From: Candidatus Poribacteria bacterium
Lineage (GTDB): Bacteria; Poribacteria; WGA-4E; WGA-3G
DNA length: 64,000 nucleotides
Reading direction: 5' to 3'
Assembly (NCBI GenBank): GCA_963663765.2
Contig: CAXXUA010000005.1
Span: 416,001 to 480,000 of the forward strand
The notes below the pieces were generated by a model. The model saw only the letters and a list, made by a program, of their open reading frames with translations. It did not search any database and had not been told where the DNA came from. The stretch's first letter is position 1, and the number at the start of each line of letters is the position of its first letter. Positions 29,189 to 39,009 of this stretch are shown in pieces. A program made the position numbers and the translations under genes.

Positions 29189-30337
29189 TTATTGAGTACG
29201 TAACATTTTACCAATAACGAGTAAGCGTGCAGTTTGCTCAGCTGTGTCTGTGATCAATCGTTGTGCGTCCTCAACCGCCTCATCAAGTGACATTGGTGCT
29301 TGCGCTATTCCCACCATTGCATCAATCCCTTCGTCATAGACTTTCTCAGCTCCTTCTCCAATTCCACCCGCAATTGCAATGACAGGGATATTTTCTGCCT
29401 TTGCTATCTTTGCTACACCAACAGGTGTTTTCCCGTAAGCAGTTTGGTAATCAATTTGTCCCTCACCAGTAATGACAAGGGATGCGTCTTTCATTCGCTC
29501 CTTGAGATTGACGGTATCTATGACTATATCGACTCCCAGTTTTAGTTCTGCATTGAGAAATGCCATGAGTCCAGCACCTAAGCCACCTGCTGCCCCTGCA
29601 CCTGGTATGTCATTATAGGATTGTCCAAATGTGTTTGTTAATATTGAATCATAGTGTTTTAGGTTTGCGTCAAGTGTCTTTACCATCTCTGGTGTTGCGC
29701 CTTTCTGAGGACCGTATACTTGTGAAGCACCATTTGGACCGGTCAACGGGTTGTTGACATCACACGCGACAACTGTTTCTGTATCAGCAATTGCAGGGTG
29801 TAGGTCAGTCAAATCAATAGATTCCAACTTTGCTAATCCACCCCCTCCACGTTCAATTGGTATTCCATTTTTGTTGGTGAATTTCACGCCAAGTGCTTCC
29901 GCCATCCCAAATCCACCATCGTTGGTTGCACTTCCGCCTATACCGATGATGAGTCGTCTGCAACCTGCATCTAATGCAGCATTTATGAGTTGTCCGGTAC
30001 CATAGGTAGATGTTTTTAGGGGGTTTCTTTTTTCAGTAGGGACAAGTGGAAGACCGGATGCTGCTGCCATTTCAATGACAGCGGTCTTACCATCAGCAAG
30101 TATTCCAAATTTGGCATCTATTTCGTTATCAATTGGATCAAGTACTTGCGTAGTCTTGATTTTGCCATCTGTCGCGTCTACAAGAGATTGGACGGTACCT
30201 TCTCCACCATCAGCCATTGGAATTTTTTCAATGATAGCATCAGGAAACACGCGGTGTAGTCCTTGTTCTATAGCATATGCAGCTTGAAGTGCTGTTACAC
30301 TTCCTTTGAATGAATCGGGGGCGACGACAATTTTCAT
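29189..30337 (-). CDS. glxK: Glycerate kinase (class I)
   Basis: APDSFKGS, PMADGGEGT, GGSATNDGG, GPQKGA and ITGEG motifs. Confidence 0.93.
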   Translation of the reverse strand: MKIVVAPDSFKGSVTALQAAYAIEQGLHRVFPDAIIEKIPMADGGEGTVQSLVDATDGKIKTTQVLDPIDNEIDAKFGILADGKTAVIEMAAASGLPLVPTEKRNPLKTSTYGTGQLINAALDAGCRRLIIGIGGSATNDGGFGMAEALGVKFTNKNGIPIERGGGGLAKLESIDLTDLHPAIADTETVVACDVNNPLTGPNGASQVYGPQKGATPEMVKTLDANLKHYDSILTNTFGQSYNDIPGAGAAGGLGAGLMAFLNAELKLGVDIVIDTVNLKERMKDASLVITGEGQIDYQTAYGKTPVGVAKIAKAENIPVIAIAGGIGEGAEKVYDEGIDAMVGIAQAPMSLDEAVEDAQRLITDTAEQTARLLVIGKMLRTQ

Positions 30338-30379
30338 ATCAGATGATCAATGGATGTCAAAATTCCTATCTGTGCGAAT

Positions 30380-32668
30380 TCATTTCTTCTTCAATTCACC
30401 CCATAGGACAGCTGCCTTGTCCTTAGCTTGGACACTCAAACTTCCCGGAAGTGGAGCAGTACTTTCCGCTACCATGAAATTATCCATTACAAAATGTGCA
30501 ATTGGGACTTCAGATGTATAAACTATAAGACCGAGACAATCAATCGTAGGAAGGTTTGGTTCCTTAAACTCCAAGAGATGTTTTCCCTCAGACAACAATT
30601 CAAAATGTCCCTTATTAAAGACAATTTCTATATTATTTAGATTATCATATTTAACATCTGGTGCATCCTTGAATTCAATTGCAGACCAAATTGATTTGTG
30701 AAGAAATTTATAGGTGCGACGAGCTGTTCCTATTCCGTTTTCGTCATATTGGCCGATGAGAATTCCAACATTAGCGTTATGTGCTTCAAGGACATCAACT
30801 TTCACGCGAAGTTCTTCAGTATTTATGGGAAATCCAGAAAATACCATTTCATATTTTTGCCTGATTGCATGGGATTGTAGAGGTTGAACCCATACATCCA
30901 AAACTCCATCTTTCGCTTGCCAAGTGGATCTTTTTGTATCCGTTTGATGTTTTGGTTGTGTCCATGAATTAAGATTATCATCACTAAAACGTTCAACCCA
31001 AACGCCATCAATTGCAATTGGTTTATCATCACTGTTATCTTCAGGAACTTCTTTTGGAATTCTAAATGTGGAAACAGATGGACCGGAAATTTCAAAATCG
31101 TCCAGAGTTACAGTAGCGTTGTTGCCACAACTTTTTGGAAAAACAACAATTCCAAGGTAATCTATTGTTTTAAGTCTGGAACGGAAGTCAGTAATATATT
31201 CTCCATCTGAATGGAGATAGAATTGTCCACGATCAAACACTACATCAATTTCTGATAGGTTAAAACCAATCGTTGGTATCCCATTATTCATCACATTATC
31301 TGGTCCGCCTATGGTATGATTTGTGAATAGATATGCGTGTTGCATCACTTGATCATATAAACTGTTCGGTTTGTTCCCGATAAAGAGACCGGCATTTGCA
31401 TTTTCTGTATCAAGGATTTTCAGTTTGACACGTAACTGTTCAGCATCTATTGGAAATGCGGTAAATTCATAACTGTAATTTGTACTATATGCTAAGAAAT
31501 CATTGAGATTCAATCTGCCGTTACAGAAGGGTTGTGTTTGTACGTCGAACTGTCCGTGTTTTACTTGCCATTTGACTCTTTCACGTTGATGTTCACGTCT
31601 TGTCCAAGATTCCAGATCGTCATCATTGAAATCTTCAGTCCATGTTTTTACGTTCGGTCCAGTAAAACCTTCAGGAAATTCCGGTGGTACATTTTCTTGT
31701 AAGGGTGAGATATTCCAGAGTCTAATTTGGTTATCACTACCAACACTTGCGAGGAGGTTGCCATTTGGACTGAAAGCCACATCATAGACCGTTTCCTCAT
31801 CCATACTTAGGGTATTCAAAAGAGTTCCTCTGTTTGTGTCCCATAGGTTGATTCCGCCGCTGTCCTTGCCGCATGCGAGTATCTTCCCATCAGGACTAAA
31901 AGCAACGCACAACATAATTCTACCGATTTCTCTTGGAAAACTTCGCACTAATTCACCTGTGTGACCATCCCATAAATCTATTCCATTCCAACCTGCACTT
32001 GCTAAAAAGTGTTCTTTTTTACTGAATGCGATGTCAAAGACATCTTGTATATCTGGCTTTAGGGTTTGGATGAGTTTACCTGTTTCAAGATTCCACAGTT
32101 TGATGTTTCCATCTGCACCACCACCATTTGCAAGGATTCTACTATCAGAGCTGAAAGCAATACCGTCGATTTTGTCCGCATGTAGGATTCTTATAAGATG
32201 ATCTGTGTTGGGTTTCCAGAGTCGAATTGTCCCGTCTGTGCTTGCGCTTGCAAGAAAACTTCCATCTGGACTAAATGCAACATCGGTGACTTTGTTTGGA
32301 TGTGCTTTGAAGGTTCTCAATAGTCTTCCGGTATTTGGATTCCAAAGATTTATAACTTTTTCATCTGCACCTCCGCTTACGAGTATATTTCCATCAGGAC
32401 TAAATACAATTCCTCTCTCTGAATTTGCTTGTAAGGTTCTCAAGAGTTGACCGGTATGAGGATTCCATAGGCGTATTGTTGAGTCAGCACTCTTAGTCGC
32501 CAGCATATCACCATTGGGACTGAACTCCACAGATTTTACATAGTCCGTATGTCCTGTAAGTAATCTATCAGGGTCATCTGCAGCCATAGTTATCGATAGA
32601 AGAGAGAGACTAACCAGAAAGATTATAGCGATAATAAAGGTATTGATTTTCATAAACAGTGTCTCCAT
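30380..32668 (-). CDS. Secreted WD40 protein with two related C-terminal beta domains and a K-A-A-x-x-W-G-x-L-K tail
   Basis: Signal peptide; about 7 WD repeats; duplicated W.E.F.DD.L.SWT modules; ends LSVQAKDKAAVLWGELKKK. Confidence 0.85.
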   Translation of the reverse strand: METLFMKINTFIIAIIFLVSLSLLSITMAADDPDRLLTGHTDYVKSVEFSPNGDMLATKSADSTIRLWNPHTGQLLRTLQANSERGIVFSPDGNILVSGGADEKVINLWNPNTGRLLRTFKAHPNKVTDVAFSPDGSFLASASTDGTIRLWKPNTDHLIRILHADKIDGIAFSSDSRILANGGGADGNIKLWNLETGKLIQTLKPDIQDVFDIAFSKKEHFLASAGWNGIDLWDGHTGELVRSFPREIGRIMLCVAFSPDGKILACGKDSGGINLWDTNRGTLLNTLSMDEETVYDVAFSPNGNLLASVGSDNQIRLWNISPLQENVPPEFPEGFTGPNVKTWTEDFNDDDLESWTRREHQRERVKWQVKHGQFDVQTQPFCNGRLNLNDFLAYSTNYSYEFTAFPIDAEQLRVKLKILDTENANAGLFIGNKPNSLYDQVMQHAYLFTNHTIGGPDNVMNNGIPTIGFNLSEIDVVFDRGQFYLHSDGEYITDFRSRLKTIDYLGIVVFPKSCGNNATVTLDDFEISGPSVSTFRIPKEVPEDNSDDKPIAIDGVWVERFSDDNLNSWTQPKHQTDTKRSTWQAKDGVLDVWVQPLQSHAIRQKYEMVFSGFPINTEELRVKVDVLEAHNANVGILIGQYDENGIGTARRTYKFLHKSIWSAIEFKDAPDVKYDNLNNIEIVFNKGHFELLSEGKHLLEFKEPNLPTIDCLGLIVYTSEVPIAHFVMDNFMVAESTAPLPGSLSVQAKDKAAVLWGELKKK

Positions 32669-32723
32669 GAGTCTATAGTTAACAAACTTAGAATACCACT
32701 ATTCAGTTCAATATATGGAAGGA

Positions 32724-32797
<74 letters not shown>

Positions 32798-32810
32798 AGT
32801 TTGAAGAATT

Positions 32811-32885
32811 TGGAGGTGGCGGTCGGAATCGAACCGACGAATAGGAGTTTTGCAGACTCCGGCCTTACCACTTGGCTACGCCACC
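32811..32885 (-). tRNA. tRNA-Cys(GCA), CCA encoded
   Basis: GGTGGCGTAGCCAAGTGG...GGAGT-CT-GCA-AA-ACTCC...GGTTCGATTCC...TCCA. Confidence 0.95.
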
Positions 32886-32892
32886 GAAAGAA

Positions 32893-32964
32893 AGCGGGAG
32901 ACGAGATTTGAACTCGCGACCTCCACCTTGGCAAGGTGGAGCTCTACCACTGAGCTACTCCCGC
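32893..32964 (-). tRNA. tRNA-Gly(GCC), CCA not encoded
   Basis: GCGGGAGTAGCTCAGTGG...CCACC-TT-GCC-AA-GGTGG...GTTCAAATC. Confidence 0.95.
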
Positions 32965-32976
32965 ATAGATATTTAC

Positions 32977-33275
32977 AGCGTATCTCATCAATACGATTTA
33001 TTTTCAAATTCACCGGATCACGTGTTGAGTAAATCGGGGTTAGAAACCCCTCCTACCATTTATGAGATAGGTTGTACAGCGTATCTCATAAATACGATTT
33101 ATTTTCAAATTCACCGGATCACGTGTTGAGTAAATCGGGGTTAGAAACCCCTCCTACCATTTATGAGATAGGTTGTACAGCGTATCTCATAAATACGATT
33201 TATTTTCAAATTCACCGGATCAATTGTTGAGCAAATCGGGGTTAGAAACCCCTCCTACCATTTATGAGATAGGTT
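32977..33275. repeat. Three tandem copies (101-bp period) of a 97-bp family-B MITE separated by GTAC
   Basis: Units 32977-33073, 33078-33174 and 33179-33275; TIR AGCGTATCTCATAAAT / ATTTATGAGATAGGTT; internal REP GGGGTTAGAAACCCCTCCTAC. Confidence 0.9.
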
Positions 33276-33308
33276 GTATTGTATAGAAACTCCAGTTAGA
33301 GCGTATGT

Positions 33309-33337
33309 ATTTTAACATGTATTTACAAGGATGTCAA
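33309..33337 (-). promoter_or_regulatory. Sigma70 promoter of the tRNA operon
   Basis: Minus strand TTGACA-17 nt-TAAAAT with an extended -10 TG. Confidence 0.7.
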
Positions 33338-33353
33338 ATTAATTCTTTTTTAT

Positions 33354-33535
33354 GGGTGTGTAAAGTTTTTGTAGAAACCCAGATTTTAAAAGAAGTCCGT
33401 CCAGTTTCTATCAAAGCTTGCTTGACGTTAGGGAACTGTGGACATCGTAGGGGCGAGGTCTCCTCGCCCGCGTAAAACTTCTGTTCAGGCGGGGAGACCC
33501 GCCCCTACGCACAGTAACCAAAACTTTACACACCC
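33354..33535. mobile_element. MITE family C (TIR GGGTGTGTAAAGTTTT) carrying two inverted GTAG REP hairpins
   Basis: TIRs at both ends; diverged inverted partial copy at 62768-62897 and a lone TIR ending at 4892. Confidence 0.75.
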
Positions 33536-33661
33536 CCATTTCAATTAGACATTGAAATAATTATAGTTGCGTGGTATAATTCTGATGTTTAAATTAACAT
33601 TGAGAATCGCAAAATGAATTCTAATCCTTAAAAATAAAAGAGAGTTGAGGACTCTGATTCT

Positions 33662-34594
33662 ATGAAACGAGTAAAGATCACCGGAGTTGAGCAAGAGATA
33701 TCGCTGCTAATTCTGGGAACAATGATGTATTCACCCGCACAATATGAACATAGCACAAATATGCTTGATACGTTCTTTGATGCAGGTGGAAATGCTCTTG
33801 ACACAGCACACATCTATGGAGGAGGGAATAGTCAAAAGTTAATCGGTCTCTGGATGAAGGAACGTGATAATCGTACAGAGGTGTTTTTAATAGATAAAGG
33901 AGGTCATCCACAAGGTGGAATTCCAAATCGTGTATCCCCCGAATACATAAAACAAGACCTTGACGAAAACTTGAAACGTCTTGAAACTGATTATATTGAT
34001 CTTTATATGCTACATAGAGATGACATCAATATTTCTGTAAGTACTATAATTGATTATTTGAACGAAGAGATAGACTTAGGACGAATCCGGGCTATTGCAG
34101 CATCTAACTGGACACCCAAGCGTATTGTTGAAGCAAATACTTATGCAAAAGAAAACAAACTAAACGGTTTCGTTGCATGTAGTAACAACATAAGTCTTGC
34201 AGTTCCAATGGAACCTATGTGGGGAGGATGTGTTAACGTAGACGATGATGCAAGACGATGGCATATTGAAAGCCAATTTCCTCTTATGCCGTGGTCATCA
34301 CAAGCACGAGGTTTTTTCAGTGGTGCATTCACACCTGAAAAACGTGACAATGGAGATATGGTACGGGTCTATTACAATGACGACAACTTTGAGAGACTTT
34401 CACGTGCTAAAAAGATAGGCGAAAAATATGGATTCTCTCCTATACAAGTATCTCTGGCGTATAGTCTAAATCTTCCCTTTCCGATTTTCCCTATTGTTGG
34501 TCCAGCGAATTTAGATGAGATGAATTCTTCACTTGGTGCATTGAATCTTGAACTTTCAGTTGATGAAATGGCATGGTTAAACCTTGAAACATAA
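33662..34594 (+). CDS. Aldo/keto reductase
   Basis: LGT, DTAHIYGGG, L.TDYIDLYMLHRDD and ASNW motifs. Confidence 0.9.
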   Translation: MKRVKITGVEQEISLLILGTMMYSPAQYEHSTNMLDTFFDAGGNALDTAHIYGGGNSQKLIGLWMKERDNRTEVFLIDKGGHPQGGIPNRVSPEYIKQDLDENLKRLETDYIDLYMLHRDDINISVSTIIDYLNEEIDLGRIRAIAASNWTPKRIVEANTYAKENKLNGFVACSNNISLAVPMEPMWGGCVNVDDDARRWHIESQFPLMPWSSQARGFFSGAFTPEKRDNGDMVRVYYNDDNFERLSRAKKIGEKYGFSPIQVSLAYSLNLPFPIFPIVGPANLDEMNSSLGALNLELSVDEMAWLNLET

Positions 34595-34630
34595 TAAAAT
34601 CATCCTTAAATCTAAAATTGCAGGTAATAA

Positions 34631-35740
34631 ATGAAAAACACATTTTTTGACATAAAACTATTTTTGCTACTTACGATACTAACCTTTAGTACTTTGCATT
34701 CAACTTTTGCACAAGAGAGTTGAGGAGCGTGAAGCAATCCCGCAATCCCTCGGAGCGGGATGGGTGAAGTCAGTTTGACTTCAGAAGATAAGAAATTTCA
34801 GACTTCTGTTAGTATGATGAGATGGTATGACGCGAAAGGCGGACACTTTGAAGATGAAGGTGTTTTCATTGATGGAAATGGAAACAGAACAATCGGTACA
34901 GTTCCAAATCACCGACATCATGTTACATTAAACGTTTATAGGATTGATGTCAGTTTAAAATACCAACTTGCTCCTCTATGGTCATTAGAAGCAAATCTCC
35001 CATTTGAGTCCAAAGTCCAAGAAGCCATTGTTGAGAAACTTGATGGTGTTGACTATGACGATAGACAATGGGCAGCGATTGTAGAGAATGGACGTATACA
35101 TCATCGTGATGATGCCTACACAGGTCTTACTGATTCAGAAGTTTTTCTTAGTCATTATAGACTGGGTGTTATCACAGAAAATGATTTCTTGATGGGACGA
35201 ATCGGTATGTCAATTCCTATTGGTAAAACTGAAGAAGATCCTTGGGAACTTGGCGAAGCCGGACTTGAACATCTACATTTACAATTTGGAACAGGTACTT
35301 TTAACCCTATCATAGATTTACACTACAATCTACCGATATATCAAGGAATAGCAGCGCACACCAGTCTTCGGACAAAACTACCGTTTTATGAGAATAGCAA
35401 AACATATCGGGGCTCCAGAGAACTTACATATACTGGGGGGTTGAACTATCGTTTAAATAAGTGGTTTGCTTTTCAAGCGGGTTATCTTGGTATATATCAG
35501 CCTTATGCGTATTGGGATGGTGAAATAGATAAGAATACAGGTTTGCTTTTTGGGATGGCATCTCTTGGGACGTCTATATCAACCCCATTTAACGTTCCCT
35601 TATCCGTTACGCTCATGCTTCCGCTTCATCAAAAAACGCTATATGATGATAGTGAGACTTTAGCTGATACCAATTATGAGGAAAGTGACGCATTTGAATT
35701 TGGTCCATTAGTCTCAATGACCGTCTTATATTCATTTTAG
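34631..35740 (+). CDS. Putative outer-membrane beta-barrel selenoprotein with a U-G-A-U motif (Sec31, Sec34), 369 aa
   Basis: ATG 34631 encodes a signal peptide (...STFA-QES), then TGA GGA GCG TGA (34721-34732), in frame with the ORF at 34760; GC-rich hairpin at 34737-34761; C-terminal Y-S-F beta-signal. Confidence 0.8.
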
Positions 35741-35827
35741 GTTCTTACTTGTGAACCATCCGTTAGTTCCAGAGACTTAATCACAACTTTTCCAACACAA
35801 GCATTTGCGGACAACTATAAAGGTAAA

Positions 35828-36268
35828 ATGATAGCACAAAGCAGAGGAGTCCAAGTTTTTCAGGGAGTAATTAGTATAATTTTGGGTGCTGTCAGTGTTC
35901 TCTTAGCGGTTATGTTAAGTAGATCCGCTTACTCAACAGCGACACTTTTCACCTTTTTTGTAGTTGGATTGACACTCATTTTTTCTGGTGACTACCTTGT
36001 TAACCCTTTTGGTATGCCTGTAAATACTTTCAAGCAACAACTTCTCAGTGAGATGTGCCTGATCGCCTATGGCACATTTTACTTGAATATTGGTATATCC
36101 CGTCTTTTAAAGCCCTTGTTAATGTTCAACATTTCCCACTATTTACATCCTGTCTGGATTCGACGGGGGATAAGTACAATCGGTATATTGTTAATCATTG
36201 GAGGTGTTTACGGGATTTACCAATTAAGACGAACTGAAGGGATTGAATCCTCAGCGGAAGAATCATAG
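35828..36268 (+). CDS. Hypothetical membrane protein with about 4 TM helices
   Basis: Four hydrophobic segments; AAGGT RBS. Confidence 0.7.
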   Translation: MIAQSRGVQVFQGVISIILGAVSVLLAVMLSRSAYSTATLFTFFVVGLTLIFSGDYLVNPFGMPVNTFKQQLLSEMCLIAYGTFYLNIGISRLLKPLLMFNISHYLHPVWIRRGISTIGILLIIGGVYGIYQLRRTEGIESSAEES

Positions 36269-36300
36269 TAAAAGAAAAATATCCAAAAATAGCAGGTGAT

Positions 36301-36606
36301 TCATCGTGCGATAATGACTGCATAACGAAGTGGTGTTTCTCCGATATTCTGTATACCGTGTAGTATCTGACAATCAACATGCACAGCCTCATTTGGACCT
36401 ATAAGGTGTGTCTGCTCACCGTATAGGACTTCTCCGTCACCAGAAAATACGTAGAAAATTTCTTGACCGTCATGTGTGTGTGGTGGATGTGCGCGTTGCC
36501 CCGGTCCAACTTCGGATATATGTAAACTAAGTTGTTCCCTGTTTGCACCCTCTTCAAGAATATACCTATCAATGCCTTTGATATCAGTTCTAACTTTATC
36601 TACCAT
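36301..36606 (-). CDS. Cupin-domain protein
   Basis: HPPHTH..QEIFYV..G.G and HGI.N.G motifs; AGGAGG RBS. Confidence 0.85.
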   Translation of the reverse strand: MVDKVRTDIKGIDRYILEEGANREQLSLHISEVGPGQRAHPPHTHDGQEIFYVFSGDGEVLYGEQTHLIGPNEAVHVDCQILHGIQNIGETPLRYAVIIAR

Positions 36607-36628
36607 TGTAGTGCCTCCTGTATTTTAT

Positions 36629-36750
36629 CAGGACTTACGCACCCAACGGTAGGCGCGCTTTGTAAGCGCGCTGGAAACCTAAAAAATGCTGAAAATTACA
36701 CCATTTTCGTCATAATTCTTCATCAAATCATGAAAACTGCGTAAGTCCTG
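36629..36750. mobile_element. MITE family A, 122 bp, TSD TTTAT
   Basis: TIRs plus a 5-bp flanking direct repeat. Confidence 0.85.
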
Positions 36751-36806
36751 TTTATAATACTATTACTTCCTTGAATTCATGTCAAGTATAAAGAAGAATA
36801 AAGTTC

Positions 36807-36964
36807 CAGGACTTACGCACCGAACGGTAGGCGGGGAATGCCTAAATGGCATTCATACCGTTGATTTGGTGCTTTGTAAGCGCGCTGGAAACCTAAAAAA
36901 TGCTGAAAATAACATCATTTTCGTCGTAATTCTTGACTAAAACATGAAAACTGCGTAAGTCCTG
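36807..36964. mobile_element. MITE family A long variant, 158 bp, TSD AGTTC
   Basis: TIRs plus a 5-bp flanking direct repeat. Confidence 0.85.
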
Positions 36965-37001
36965 AGTTCTTTACTTTCATAGAAAGGAGAGTTATTCATT
37001 A

Positions 37002-37328
37002 ATGTCAGAAAGAGAAATTCCATACCAAGACATAACAGGTCAACTCATTCTACGTGACCACCTTGCAGCAGACAGAACAATTCTTGCTAATGAGCGAACC
37101 CCCCTTGCCTATATCCGTACCGCCTTAACGTTATTTGTGGCAGGATTGTCTTTCGTCCATTTTGATATTTTAAATAGACCTGTGTTAGATGGCATAATTG
37201 GAAGTTTATTCATGATGATTGGTGCCATAACATTTTTTCTTGGACTATATAGATATAACAAAATGAAATCTTTAATTCGCGAGATCAAGCAGAAAGAATC
37301 AGCGGAAGGAATCACTGATGAAATTTAG
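37002..37328 (+). CDS. DUF202/YidH-family membrane protein
   Basis: RDHLA.DRT.LANERT.LAYIRTAL motif. Confidence 0.85.
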   Translation: MSEREIPYQDITGQLILRDHLAADRTILANERTPLAYIRTALTLFVAGLSFVHFDILNRPVLDGIIGSLFMMIGAITFFLGLYRYNKMKSLIREIKQKESAEGITDEI

Positions 37329-38343
37329 AGAGGTAGTTGTAACTGGACAAAATCAGGTTGAACTGCAAACCGGTGAATTTGATGATTCAAATCTTTCACC
37401 GAATGAAGTTCTTATAGATACAGAATATACATTTATTAGTAGTGGTACAGAATTAGCGAACTACACTGGAAAAGAACCGAAAGTAATTCAGAAAGGCACT
37501 TGGTGTGCGTATCCGTGGCGATCTGGGTATGCAAATGTAGGGATTGTCCGGGATGTAGGAATGAATGTAAACAGCGTTGTTCCTGGAGATCGTGTCTTTA
37601 CCTATGGACGGCACGCTTCAACCATCAGGTATTTCCAAGATAGGCTCATTGCTCCTGTTCCAAACACAATTGACCCTGCAGTCGTTGCTGCATCCCGCAT
37701 GGCTGGGGTTGCTATGACAGCAATTATCGTAGCAGAAATCAATATTAACCCGTGTGTTATTGTTTTTGGTTTAGGACTTGTTGGTAATTTGGCATCACAG
37801 ATGTTTCAAATTCAAGGGTGTCAAGTCATCGGAGTAGATCCTGTGAGAGAACGACGAGAATTGGCAGAACGATGCGGTATCACGGATACAGTCAGGGGTG
37901 ATGCTGATGAAGTGCAAGCACAAATTCAAGCACTTACAAATGGTGGACTTGGTAACATCACCGTTGATGCTGTTGGACATAGCAGTGTCGTCATGCAAGC
38001 ACTCCGTGCAACTGCAAACCATGGACAACTTGTGATACTCGGATCACCACGTGTTTCTGTTACTGATGATTTAACTACACTTCTCTCCGATATACATCTA
38101 CGTTGGATAACAATACGAGGTGCCTTGGAATGGTGTGTTCCTATGTATCCAGAGATTGGCAGCCGTCCCTCCCAATACAGCAAACAACAGACTATTTTCA
38201 ATTGGATTCAACGGGAACAATTGGATGTTGAATCTTTGATTTCGCATCGTCTTAAACCTGAGCAAATAAAAGAAGCCTATGATGGTCTTCTTAACGCACC
38301 CAATCTATATACTGGTGTAGTATTAGATTGGACAACACATTAA
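37318..38343 (+). CDS. MDR-family (zinc-binding-type) alcohol dehydrogenase
   Basis: ISSGTE, GY.NVG.V and GLGLVG motifs. Confidence 0.85.
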   Translation: MKFREVVVTGQNQVELQTGEFDDSNLSPNEVLIDTEYTFISSGTELANYTGKEPKVIQKGTWCAYPWRSGYANVGIVRDVGMNVNSVVPGDRVFTYGRHASTIRYFQDRLIAPVPNTIDPAVVAASRMAGVAMTAIIVAEININPCVIVFGLGLVGNLASQMFQIQGCQVIGVDPVRERRELAERCGITDTVRGDADEVQAQIQALTNGGLGNITVDAVGHSSVVMQALRATANHGQLVILGSPRVSVTDDLTTLLSDIHLRWITIRGALEWCVPMYPEIGSRPSQYSKQQTIFNWIQREQLDVESLISHRLKPEQIKEAYDGLLNAPNLYTGVVLDWTTH

Positions 38344-38359
38344 GGTATTAAGAACTTAT

Positions 38360-38481
38360 CAGGACTTACGCAAAAAAGGTAGGCGTGCTTTGTAAGCGCG
38401 CTGGAAACCCATAAAAACGCTGATAATTGCATCATTTTCAACATAATTTTTGATTAAATCAAGAAAACTGCGTAAGTTCTG
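38360..38481. mobile_element. MITE family A, 122 bp, TSD CTTAT
   Basis: Matches 7244-7365 except one base in the right TIR. Confidence 0.85.
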
Positions 38482-38603
38482 CTTATTATATGTGCATATA
38501 TGTGAAGTTGTAAAAGATGATAAGAAATCATCACAGGAAATTTTCTTGAAAATTGCTACAATCTATGATATAATTAGTCTTAATATATATTGTAAAAATC
38601 ATT

Positions 38604-38678
38604 GGTAGAACAAAAGTTAACTCCGTTGTGCTTTGTTTTATCTATAGCAATTCTAACAGAAAAAGGAGGTGAAGTAGA
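38604..38678 (+). promoter_or_regulatory. Candidate S15 autoregulatory leader
   Basis: About 12-bp stem (38604-38642) whose loop CTCC is complementary to the SD GGAG at 38665-38668. Confidence 0.35.
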
Positions 38679-38969
38679 TTGGCAATTGATGCAGCAAAGA
38701 AGAAGGAATTGATTCAACAACATCAAATACATGATCGAGACACCGGTTCACCAGAAGCACAGGTCGCAGTATTTAATGCTCGTATTAAGGAACTGACAGA
38801 ACATTTTCAAACGCATAAAAAAGATCACCATTCACGATATGGACTTTTTCGATTGGTAGGGAAACAACGTCGTTTGTTACGTTATCTCTACAAGAAAGAT
38901 GTCCCACGGTATTATCGTTTAATTAATGAACTCGGAATTCGCGACACAATCGGTGTACAAAGAAGTTAA
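38679..38969 (+). CDS. rpsO: 30S ribosomal protein S15 (TTG start)
   Basis: DTGSPEAQVA and HKKDHHSRYGL motifs; precedes pnp. Confidence 0.96.
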   Translation: MAIDAAKKKELIQQHQIHDRDTGSPEAQVAVFNARIKELTEHFQTHKKDHHSRYGLFRLVGKQRRLLRYLYKKDVPRYYRLINELGIRDTIGVQRS

Positions 38970-39009
38970 AAATCCGCCGTAAGCATTTAGGAAATGAGGA
39001 GGAAATTGA

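Noticed and set aside
32977-33275. Tandem array as a CRISPR locus
   Set aside because: Whole 101-bp units repeat with no unique spacers, the units have TIRs, and no cas genes are present.
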